Translations under genes and position numbers: made by a program
Shown: positions 50,853 to 64,000 of the stretch, in pieces
Layout: each line of letters starts with the position of its first letter
How positions within the stretch are numbered: the first letter of the stretch is position 1
Assembly: GCA_002104905.1 (NCBI GenBank)
Contig: MCFE01000420.1
Span: forward strand, 1-64,000
Reading direction: 5' to 3'
Length of the DNA stretch: 64,000 nucleotides
Origin: Basidiobolus meristosporus CBS 931.73
Lineage: Eukaryota > Fungi > Basidiobolomycota
Notes under the pieces: model-generated
What the model was told of the DNA's origin: nothing
Seen by the model: only the letters and a program-made list of their open reading frames with translations
Database searches by the model: none

Positions 50853-51362
50853 CTTTGCCACTTGACTCGACGCCGATTGTATATCGCATTGTAGCGTGGT
50901 AAGTCCCTATCTGACAAGATCTTGTGAAGCGTTACCGAGCATTATCCCATCCGCCTAGCATACATGAGCGATGCTCCTGTGAAACATAGTTACCCTAACT
51001 GCGCTGTGTTGGGTCGTGCTAGGCTAGGGTGAAGGTGCGTGCGTGGATGTTCTTCACCCACACTCCGGAAACAAGCATGCTGCCCTATGTGCAATGCTCG
51101 CTTGATTCCGATGTCCCATGGGAGACTGATTGTCGCCTGACTGATTCGAACGAATGCATCGCTCACTCTGTCTTCACAAGACCCATCCTTGCACATCGCA
51201 ACAGCCACACAGCCACACCGGCGAGCAAGACCTCGCAAGGAGGTACCCTCGACATAGCACCGATGCCGGGAAGGACAGACGCGGGTGTTCCTGCTCGCTC
51301 TTGATCTTACTGAGGGCATTGCACCAATTCGAGGCCAACCTGGACACGTGCTGGGTTGGGCG
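50853..51362. repeat. Left arm of a long inverted repeat flanking GFA1
   Basis: Reverse complement of 55280-55789; core 50864-51341 differs from the right arm at only three positions I could find. Confidence 0.95.
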
Positions 51363-52424
51363 CAGATAATTACCAGGCAAGATGGAAGTTTATCCGGCAT
51401 ATGGCCAGTACAAACAAACATGATGTCCAGCTGATTCAAAGTTACAGTAATTAAATCCGCCGTGTCAGCAAGCAGCTGAAGCCACGTCGGATCAGGCGTC
51501 GACATCTGTGGTGTCATCAGTTCTTGGCGCCGAATCCACCACAAAGGAACAGAACAAGAATTGGGGATTTAGTTTGTATCGCCTACATTTTCGGAACACT
51601 ACCCACGCTGAATCTGTTCAGAGCAGCATGAGACGGGCATCCAGACCTGAAACATTCCTAGATATCCCTTCATTAACTCGCCTAAGAGAGTGCACCAAAT
51701 AAATTGCCTGCCATCCAATCTGACATCAGCCTATTTGTAAGTACTCCCATATCACACCGCCGGCGACTATTTTGCCACCACGCAGTGGAACCATCTGCCC
51801 TACCGATGGTCGCTTCTGAGAAGAATCCATTCAATGGCAATCCATCGCCTGTGGGCAGGTAGGCACCATCCCAATCCAAATCACAGCTGATAAGCAGGTT
51901 GCGAATTGGAGATGTCACGGATCCGAGGGGTGAAATGGGGTGAAATGGGCTTGATCTGATGAAAATCCTTCATGGTATGCTGCACAACAGGCGACTCAAC
52001 ATGATCCGTTACCAGCTTTCTGAAATGTTAAGGAGAAAAAGGGGTTCGCTGAATCATATGATATCGCCTTGATTGGCCCGTATCCAGACTCGGTCATTGA
52101 GTAATACAAAGTATCTCTTCGGATTTGGTCTTGTTGATCCTACTCTAGCGTTCCCAAGTCCCTATACGACTGATCGAAACAATGGAGGCTGCCTCAAAGA
52201 TCGCAAAACACATTGATTAGCTGCACCCAAGGAATTTCAGCCAATTGCATGGTGCCTAGGTATACTGAGCAAGTTAAAGCAAAAATATTATGACGAATCA
52301 TCAGCCTCTTTAGACCCATCAACATGTATCGGTTTCAACAGCAGAGTGTGACTTCTCAGAGTAGTGTACATATTGGGAATAATCCCATCCCCAATCAATC
52401 TTCCCCCTATTCTTAGCCATTCCA

Positions 52425-52499
52425 CTCACAGTCACTCACACCCACCCTCACACCCGCACCCGCACCCACACCCACACCCGCAACCATCGTGTATAAATA
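52425..52499 (+). promoter_or_regulatory. CACCC(A/G) hexamer array and TATA box upstream of GFA1
   Basis: CACACCCACCCTCACACCCGCACCCGCACCCACACCCACACCCGC followed by TATAAATA at 52492-52499, ~90 bp before the ATG. Confidence 0.6.
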
Positions 52500-52588
52500 T
52501 TCCCTCAGCCCCCTTCTCATCCCATCAGTTTACACAAAGTTGTGTGATTAATCCTCCTCGCCCATCGCATCCTAACCACTCCCTGAAT

Positions 52589-54738
<2,150 letters not shown>

Positions 54739-55279
54739 GCATCGATGATGCATCGTTCAAAGTACACCATGATGTTTGGCCGACCTGAGCCCTCTAATAA
54801 CCTTAAATTTCTTATCCAATCCTTTGACTCCGTAAAAGAAAATTTCGTTTAGCTTCGATCGTATTTCTCCCCTCCTCTTTACCACCTGGCGCCAGTTCTA
54901 GTGCACATATCTCCCTATATACCATCTAATACGTATCATGAGAATTAAAGGAGTATAATTGATCCCCACTAGTGTGCATCTCATCCGTAGGTAGATTGGA
55001 CGGTGGTCTTTTCGCAGACCGACCATGTTGAGCACTTTGTTGGCAGTGGTGCTGATGTGTGATGATATGCAGTATCGTTGTTAACCAGCGGCTGAAAAGC
55101 GTGATGGCCTATGGACACCAAACCTGAGAATCTTTGCTGCTGACAGGTGAGTAGATGGGATGGATAGATATTATAAAATGGCTGCCAATCACAACTTTGA
55201 TTTTCGATCTACTGATTGTAGAATCTACTTACACCGCTACCTGATAACGGCTAAATCTACTCTGTGTAGGAACCTTGTC

Positions 55280-55789
55280 CACTCAGCTCAACACATGGCG
55301 AGGTTGGCCTCGAATTGGTGCAATGCACTCAGTAAGATCAAGAGCGAGCAGGAACACCCGCGTCTGTCCTTCCCGGCATCGGTGCTATGTCGAGGGTACC
55401 TCCTTGCGAGGTCTTGCTCGCCGGTGTGGCTGTGTGGCTGTTGCGATGTGCAAGGATGGGTCTTGTGAAGACAGAGTGAGCGATGCATTCGTTCGAATCA
55501 GTCAGGCGACAATCAGTCTCCCATGGGACATCGGAATCAAGCGAGCATTGCACATAGGGCAGCATGCTTGTTTCCGGAGTGTGGGTGAAGAACATCCACG
55601 CACACACCTTCACCCTAGCCTAGCACGACCCAACACAGCGCAGTTAGGGTAACTATGTTTCACAGGAGCATCACTCATGTATGCTAGGCGGATGGGATAA
55701 TGCTCGGTAACGCTTCACAAGATCTTGTCAGATAGGGACTTACCACGCTACAATGCGATATACAATCGGCGTCGAGTCGAGTGGTAAAG
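55280..55789. repeat. Right arm of a long inverted repeat flanking GFA1
   Basis: Reverse complement of 50853-51362; the ORF track gives near-identical translations on opposite strands. Confidence 0.95.
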
Positions 55790-56999
55790 CTTCGTGAATC
55801 AGTTCGGCACATCCGTATCTGTATCCGAATCCCAATACCTAATCAGCGCCTGAAACTGAAACCAACGGTCCAAACGTCGATCCGGCCGAATGTTTCAGTG
55901 AGCGCGGAAAATCAGTCGGCTGTACTATATGAATAGATGGGGTCCAGTTTCACGACATCGTAATGTTCAACGGTCTGACAATAATGATCAGTCAGTCACT
56001 AGTTGAGCCTTGTGTGGCTTGGAAATGGTGACAATCTCCATTCACCCACTCACCGTGCCGCTTTGTGGGTCGTTCAGTAATACTACGTTGACAACGCCGT
56101 ATGTTTCATGCTGTGCCAGTGAGATCTTTGATAGGGCCACTTTAAGCTAGTCCTGGTAGTGGAGGTGGCTCTGTACCTTTTTATCTACCCGAGAAGCATA
56201 AATAGGTAAGTCACACTGAATACGAATAGTGTGAGCTTTGGATAGGATCAGAGAAGCTCAAGTCGCCTGGAGAACACTGTGGTTTTGGTAGGTTCCATCA
56301 GTTCATCTTCACTCGTGTATTTCCATAGATCAAATTAGCCTTCAGTATTCTCCGTATATGTCGTAGCTCTGGTCATAAAGACTATCTTCCTGATACAACC
56401 TTGCAAACTCGTTCATGGAATACAATGGCCTAGCTTGATAGACATGTGGGATGGTGAAGTTGTGTTAGCGACCACGTGTGTTTTTATGCTGGATTTTTTG
56501 GAGCAATGAAGTTTCGTCACTCTCGGCAAAAACTTTCCAGAAAGATCACGCTCTAAATATACACAACTCTTGAAGAGTTGCAGATCACCGAGGTGATTTT
56601 TGCAATCCCTCCCACCTTCAGTACAAAATATCTTCTATTGTTCTATGAGCAACACACGCGTTTTGTCAGGGAAAATGGACCACAAATAACCCAACATTAC
56701 AGTTATTTTGTCAAGCATCTATTAAATTGTACGTCTACCTCGCTACTGGTAAGAATATGAAATATCGTCTTGAGATTTAGTTCATCAATATTGGGCAATA
56801 TTTGTAATCTAAATCACCCCAATACTCCTCAATATTCTGCAGCACATCTGTATTCTACTCATTTGTTGGCGTATCGAGTTTAATGAGTAACTTCAATTGC
56901 GTCAAACGCCATAAAATTATTAGCAGCAAGCTAAGGAAACCCTCAGGGTGTCTCTATACAGAGTATTGAGGAAGGGTCGCTTTTGCATAGCTGAGTTCT

Positions 57000-58400
57000 G
57001 ACCATTTTCCCAAGCTGTTTTCCGCCATTAGCATAAATCATTTTTTGGTGGTTATACCAGTAGAGTAATATTCCATAATAGTCAAGTAAAGCCATTTCCC
57101 TAGTACGAAGCTGGCTTTTACTTCGATTCTTTTGACTTTGTTCGTACCTTTTCACTATGGGTTTGTGGTGATTATTGTGCATGCGCTTCTGAGCTACAAT
57201 GTTTCCAGAATTATGTATTTTCCTGTCTAATTGATTGTGTAGTTCTTGCATGATGATTCATTAAATGCAAAGTGGTATTTATACTTTTACAAGATCTTGG
57301 CAAGCACATAATATCTTTAGGAAGGTCTCATGAGCATATGAACAATGTTTAGAGTTTTTTTGTACAACCTACCAGATTTCCATGCTCAGTGTACTTGTCA
57401 TTCTGGTGATGGTATTCTTGGTTCCAACAGAGAATTTGGGCAGGAAATAGTGGACCTTATGAGCTGAGATTACCAACCCCAACAACCCCTATTGCATTCA
57501 GCGTAACAAATCTCTTATCCCCCAATCTACTTAGTAAGCAACAATTCTTAGTACTCTATCACTGAGGGATTGCCATGTACCACGATACCAGTTTACAAGT
57601 CAAGCTGGCCAGTCAAACTCATCAGACCAATTGCACTCTCCGTTGGCTCCAGCTGGTAATCCCGATGATATTTATGTATTTACACTTGATTCTATCTTAC
57701 GAACGCTTTTATTCACTGACCAAACTCTTTGACAAAATCTACCAAGAATACTTTCACTAAAATGCCAGTTATCAACAACCTAAAAATCTTCAAGGCTATA
57801 TATGAGTCTTCAAACAATGGGTATATTCCCCTAGTGCCTTCTTAAGCATATTCTACATATTTTTAGTCAATATTATATTCTGTCTACTGCTAGTTTTCAT
57901 TATTTTTTATGGCATATAGCTTGATATAGTACTATGCTTTCTACTTTGCAGAAGCCTATATAAGAAATAAGCGGTACTATGTGCTGTAAGAGTCTTGGAG
58001 ATATTGGAAGTGCTTGGGAGAACAAGTAGATTATGTGGTTTTCACTTAATGATTTATTGAATGTAAAAGTAGTATTTATACTTTTACACAGTCTTGACAT
58101 AACAAACACGTAGAATAAGTTTAGAAAGGTCCCAAGAACATGTGTGCAAAGTTTGGGGCTGTTTGGACAACTTATCTCATTTTCATGTTCTGGGTAAATA
58201 TTTTAAGTAAATCCCGACAGGGATTTTGGTCAGTATTCATTAGGATATGAAGGTAATGATCTAAGTGACTAAGTTAGGTGGATATTTAGGTGGAATTACG
58301 AATCTTCACAATATTATGCGTGGGTATGGACTCAGCCATCATTTTCAAAAAACATAGTCTTGTGGGACCTCTTTGAGCTGGCAGAAATAACTGCAAATAT
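57000..58400 (+). mobile_element. Two degenerate direct copies of the unclassified GIYTFT repeat
   Basis: 57250-57400 aligns with 58040-58190 (GTATTTATACTTTTACA...TTAG(G/A)AAGGTC), and both align with the reverse complement of 29300-29470. AT-rich, few CpG. Confidence 0.55.
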
Positions 58401-60373
58401 CAATCAAAATTTAAGGTTTAAATATGTATCATGTGTATATTTTCATCCAAAAATAACTTTAGGATATGGTATACAGGTGTAATAGCCAAGTGATGACTAA
58501 TGGCTTAGAGCTATCAGAATCATGGCTTCAGTCCACACAACGGGAAATTCCACGATACTATTGTGCGCTACATTGTATAGGTATAGGTATACGAGTTAAA
58601 CAGGATGGTTCTGTGGATACTTTCAATCAGAATGTAATCTTGGTCATTTTCATATTGGTATGGTACATTTGTGGGGCAATACAAGAATATGTAAAGAGTG
58701 GTATTTAATGTGCATAATCAGTATTCAAAATACATGAGCAGTGACATTATAGAAATTTTCTATTGCTCAAAGGATGCCATAACTTGGAACGACTGTGCTA
58801 AATGAACTCCCAAGAGAATGAGCAGGCGTAAAATCGCAATGCATGAATACTTAATGCTAAATTAAATATTTGAAACCGCTCCTACAATATTTTATTATAG
58901 GATAAGAATGCACTACCCATCAAATGCGCGCTACCTGCCTTTCAGTTCATATGCAATCAAGTAAAATATAGTCTTTGCTTTCTCTGTCGCTAATCAAGCG
59001 TGACCCCACGTAGGAGTAACCTGAAGCCGTTCGATTGCTCATTCAAGGCTTACACGTAAGTGTACACCTGGTCCGCCCAGAAGTGACCGACGCAAATGCC
59101 ATTTTAATCCTATTCAACGAGCATGGCATATATGGGCACCTCTACTCGTTTCTCTGCCCCTTTTAATCGTAATTGCGCATGGGGTTGGATTGCTGTTTGG
59201 CATTGGGGGTGCACTTCACTGATCATTTGGGCTTATTAGTCCAGTTACGCCTCATACCAAAAGAGGATAGTGGCTGCGGAAGATTAAAGTATTACCCTAT
59301 ACCACCCCGAACACTGCCTAAACGATGCTCAGCACATGATTGATGGTACAAGCTACATTGGCCGACTATAACGTTGAGCATTGAGTTACATTGGATAAGT
59401 CTCGATATTTGTCGAATGGTGCTATGCCCACAAAGCTTGTTTTCAGCAGGATAGCAGGCATAATCAAGCTTTCGAGACCACTGGTTCTTCTCCTGACTCC
59501 ATCTTCGCTGAACTTGAGGTCACCCAAGGAATACATGCTCTTCGGTCAACAAATTCCAGTAATGTTGGCCGCACCGTGTTGTGTGAGTGGAACATCCAGT
59601 GGATTCCAGTATTTCGACTGGTTGAGGGCGTAATGTAACCCATCTCACCCTGAAGCACCCTGGTTACATCCGTGCCCTCGCTTTTACCTCGACATCATGT
59701 TTGAGGAATGTCTTATTCGCGTATCGAACTAATTATAGATCATTAATAACCTGGAGTTCCAGGGGCGATGAGTCTTTTATGATTGCTCCTGCCATTCTAG
59801 TGTACTCTCCGTGAGCCAATGAACGTCTAAATTAGGAAACTCTACTCAGAAGCCAACTTTGACAGTTGCTGTTGCTGATTGTGCTGGACCAGGCGGTGAC
59901 ATGTCTTGGACATCGGATGGAGGTGTTATCAGCAGCAATCAATCAATCAATCTGCGAGGGATCTGGTTCTACAGATGACCGCTTCCTGCTCGGACCATAT
60001 CCGCTCGCAGCCGGTAAATGAGCATAACTGATACTCGCATGCGATTGTGTCGAATACCATAGGTGACTGATTCAGTCACTTTCGAAAATAGACGGGATTT
60101 CTTTCTGCCTGTTGTTTCGCGGTACGGGGCCGCTTGGTCTTGAGCTGTGAAGGCTTGCAGGGCTTCAGTGGTCCCTCATTCATTCAGCCATGCATGGGCT
60201 TCACAGGAGGCGTGTATTGATTTCGGGCGGATTATTGGTTCGTTTATTACTACATGATGGACATCAAACAAAATATCAAAACATTACAATGCAGGTTCGC
60301 TGGGGGCGAGGATTAAAGTGGTGCCGTTTTATGGCCCAAAAGGCTAAACAATTTAATTGGGGTTTGCTAGTTC

Positions 60374-63186
60374 TTAATTCTCCATTCCTTGCTGTTTGGC
60401 AAATTCAACAAAAACTTGGGCTAACGTGGTCTGCGCTACAGCGTAGTCCACGATCTCATATGGCTCCTTGATCTCCTGCAGATACCCGAAGAGCTTTCCA
60501 AGCGTGCTGCCTTCCACCTCCAATTCCAGGTTGCATCCTAGTTTGCGAAGCAGTCTAACCTGGGAGTGGCCTGTGTCGAACTGACGGAAAATCGCATGAA
60601 TAACCTGATCTACAGTGCTCATTGTTTTGGTCTTCAGGTTGATCTTGTAGCCTTTTCCGTACACGTTTTTGAGTCTCTGCGCGGTGCCAAGTGCTGCTAG
60701 TCGGCTGTTCACAGTGATGCCGATGCGATCACAAAGTGCATCCGCTTCCTCCATGCTGTGTGTCTGCATTAGAATGTTAGCACCATGTCAGGCGAAATGC
60801 GCTAGAAAAATCACTTACTGTTAGAACAATGCTGGTGTTCTTCTTGAGGTTTCTTATGGCTTTCCATATCGACTGTCTGACATGGACGTCGACGCCGGTG
60901 GTAGGTTCGTCCAAGAACAGGATCTTCGGATGTCCAATGGCTGCCATGCCTATACTTAGTCTTCTCTTGTTTCCGCCGCTATATCCTTTTGCTTTTTGGT
61001 CGGCAACATTCCGAAGCTGCATCTGTTCCACGATCTCGTCTACCGCCACTTGCACATTCTCCACGCCACGAAGCCGGGCAAACAATTGGAGATGCTCACG
61101 GCCAGTCAAATCGGGGAAAAGCACATCGAATTGCTGGCAAACGCCTACGATGCGCTGCAGCTCGCGCGAATAGGGGGAGATCGAGTGACCCTCGATGTAG
61201 GCGTTTCCGGAGGACGGAGTTAACGCTCCAACAAGCATTTTGATAGTGGTTGTTTTGCCCGCCCCATTGGGACCCAGATACCCCAGACACTCATTTCGTC
61301 TCAAGGTCAGCCACAACTCGTCAATGATCACCCTACGGCGGTTTGAGTACTGGAGTGGGAATTCTTTAGACAAGCCGCAAACGTGCATCGTATCTATGCT
61401 TTGCTGAGAACCGAGGATCCGTTGTTTCTCATTGCTGACTTCCTCGTCGACGTTAACATTCTGCATTTCGACCCTTGTTTCCATGCGGTCGCCGGTATTG
61501 GCAGGTCCCCCAGGGGTTTTCTTTTCGAAGAGGGAGCGAATCAGCTTCATCGGGGTTTGGTTGGCATTCATCAAAATCTCGACTGACAGCACGAGAGACC
61601 CGTACAGGACCGTACTGGCGATCAATGCGAGGAAAATTGGCAATATTGGGAAGTGGAAGCTGAACACCATTGAGGCAGAGTATGGGTAGCCTATTGTCCA
61701 AGCCAGAGCCAGTTCCTGGAAATGCGATATCGTCAGAACTATTCCAAATCACTCGATTAGCATACCACCACTTACTGCTAGACCCCGCTGTAGCGCGATC
61801 ACGGGTATAAAGAAGCTCAGGATTGCTGCGGCAGTGATGCTGATATGGTTGTTGCATCCAAAGCGAATGATCGCGTACGGGACAAACACCAGTATAAGCA
61901 TGATGAATCCCATCACGAGCCCAACAGCTCTGCTTCTAGTGAAAATGAAGGAAAGAAGGTAGGCCATTAAAATATAGGGCGGTCCGGAGAGAATCAGTAG
62001 CAATATATATCCCGCTGGGCTCGAGTCCACGAACATGGGCGTTCCTTCAGCCTTCAATACGATTAAGAATACGGCGCAGGGGATAAGGAAAATGATGTAG
62101 TCCCGGATGAAGGCTGCCAGGTAGTATGCACGAGAGTCTAGCCCCGCAAGAATCAGAAGTTGCTTCTGTCCTTCCTCCCGGTCGCGTACCATGGTAGTAA
62201 CATAAAAGAGCAAGATGAACGACATGGCTAATTGGAGAGGTCAATGTTTAGAATAGGGCCTAAGCACAGCTGCAACAAAGGGATTACCGTAAGTGACAAC
62301 GATGGGAATGATCTCAGGTCCTGAATCCGTATTCTCCAAAGCCGTAGACGGCAGGGTTTTAAACGTGACAGTATTCATAAGGATGTTGCCCGGGGGCCTA
62401 TTGTAGGCACTTTGCGCTGCTGCTTCCATATTGGAGAAAAGGTACGGAATAGACCTTTGGGCGAATTGGTTGCTCTGGTAGAACAGTGTGTAGCCAAACG
62501 AGAATTGGCTTGCTCCATTATTCACTTGATTCAGCTCAAACCCAATTTCGGAAACCTGATTGGAATCGGAAATGCCAAGGTTGTAGGCATCCTTGTCCAG
62601 TTTATCACGCGTTTGGATAAGTTGTTTTATCGACTCGTATCTGTTGAAAGTAAGCGGAGGTGCTTGAGTGGTGTTGGGCTGGACTGCAGTAAAATTCGGC
62701 TGCAAGCCTTGGCTCCAAACATCATCTGGTATCCCTTGGTCAATGACAATGCCGGGGTTCGGAGCACCTACGTATTGTGGAAGGTTGGGCGGGGTCATAG
62801 TCCAACTTTGTTGAAGGTGGAGTTATGAGTGGTTGAACACGAAGGACATGAATAGAGGGTTCCATACCTTGAAACAGACCCAACCGGGATTCTGTTAGAG
62901 TTTTGGGACACAAGCTTCGACTATCCAGACGTTAATCCAGGCCTTATTGAACAGAATTGACAAGAGCTAACTTACTATTACCACCGCAAGAATTACGCAT
63001 ATCGTAGGAATCACGACAGCTGTTCAGGATGATGGGTTAGTCTCGGGCAAATGGGCTTAGAGAGGGACGGGCGGCCTTACCGCTAAGCACAGTAGAGAAT
63101 TTCCGTACGACATTCTTCAGATTGAGGCTGAGGTTGATCCTTAGCTGTGTCGTGAAATCCACTGGCCGTTGTTTTAAAGTAGCCAT
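60374..63186 (-). CDS. ABCA-subfamily transporter, single TMD plus single NBD (multi-exon)
   Basis: Walker A LGPNGAGKTT, signature YSGGNKRRLS, Walker B ILFLDEPTTG, H-loop LT|THSMEEAD, C-terminal YAVAQTTLAQVF; N-terminal MATLKQ...QLRINLSLNLKN. Several GT-AG introns. Confidence 0.88.
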
Positions 63187-64000
63187 TGTCTCCAAGATGA
63201 AGATTTACGATCTGAACGGATTGTCTGAAAATAAGGTTCTAAGCGGCCTTTATATCCACTGGTACGATCCCAGATGGCCCAGATGCTCCATGGATCAGCA
63301 CTGATCGGATCCAGCCATCTCTTCAGCCAACCGTGTTTGTGATTTGTGAGCTAATGTGACCTCATCCAGGATTCAGAGCACTGAGGATCATTTTGAGAAC
63401 AGTGAACAGCAGATGTATGCCCAAATTTCCAATTACCTTGAAACTTTAGCCGAACACCCGATTTGGAAACTGCCTCTTGGCAGTGTCCACGCGAGGTGTT
63501 CGGCTTCAGGTAGCAAGTGATAGAGGGATCTCAACATCAATGTAATCGGGAATCAGGCTTCTTGGCGTGGCGGCAATGGTGGATGCAATGGAATTCCATA
63601 TTGGTTTAGATTATGGTTTGCGTTCCATCTGTAGATTTCAGGCTGCAAATATGGAAAGAAGATGTACATCTCGGAATTCCTAATTTGTCTTGAATAATAG
63701 AGCACCAAGTATTGCCAAGCAGATAAAGCTATTGACATGACCAAACAGGAAACCGCTTGGGGGCTCTGAAGCCAAACAACATTAATTCTAATTTCAAGCC
63801 CAATCCTCTCCTGTTTCTGGAATTCACCCTGATTGATGAGCTCCTTGCACCGTGAGCACAATAAGGTTCACCCAGATCCACCAATTCGTGCCAACATGAT
63901 CACTGGGATGAAACCGACCAATCCCTTCTCTCTATGCCCAACAAGCCAATCGGCCCCAGCCATTGGCCAATCCAGGCAGTCGCCCGTTAATTTAAATACT

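Noticed and set aside
50898-50992. GGTAAGTCCC and ATAGTTA, resembling RNase MRP/P conserved regions I and IV
   Set aside because: No matching P4 3' strand (GGGGCUYA type), no GARAR loop, and too little sequence upstream for P2/P3; better explained as a 5' splice-site motif.
52364-52588. His-Pro-rich N-terminal extension of GFA1 suggested by ORF 52364-52801
   Set aside because: It is the translated CACCC array and promoter; GFAT needs Cys at position 2 after the initiator Met at 52589.
55333-55342. TAAGATCAAG, matching part of U2 snRNA
   Set aside because: Not followed by the branch-recognition GTGTAGTA, not preceded by the U2 5' stem, and no Sm site seen.
55845-55857. AGCGCCTGAAACT, resembling the start of the bacterial glmS ribozyme, near a glmS homologue (GFA1)
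   Set aside because: The following conserved GACGAG core and P2/P2.2 pairings are absent, and the site is 1.1 kb downstream of the gene rather than in the 5' leader.

Overview
Eukaryotic, almost certainly fungal DNA: short GT-AG introns with CTRAY-like branch sites and fungal-type GFA1, ATP14, GPI18 and PRM10-like genes. An early-diverging lineage such as Zoopagomycota or Mucoromycota is inferred, not proven. The window has two sharply different halves. Positions 1 to ~29.67 kb are an AT-rich, CpG-depleted transposon graveyard: tandem Ty3/gypsy copies, a PIF/Harbinger-type DDE relic, CACTA/EnSpm (Tnp2) transposase relics, an unassigned multicopy ORF family, and a four-layer nest (CACTA > solo LTR > full chromovirus > two more solo LTRs) with readable target-site duplications. 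Positions ~29.7-64 kb have normal CpG content. They hold a decayed LINE followed by a gene-rich stretch: PAS-PAS protein, EED/LRWD1-like WD40, a small secreted peptide candidate, spartin/senescence-domain protein, PRM10/ThrE-like exporter, ATP14, GPI18/PIG-V, GFA1 and a half-size ABCA transporter. The most unusual feature is that GFA1 is bracketed by two inverted copies of a ~490 bp non-coding element. Their cores are nearly identical, while their flanks are diverged but collinear and retain a 14-bp motif at the same offset. The core carries several predicted helices. It could be a duplicated structured ncRNA gene, gene-converted inverted arms, or long TIRs or inversion sites around GFA1. All coordinates and alignments were made by eye; relic boundaries are approximate.
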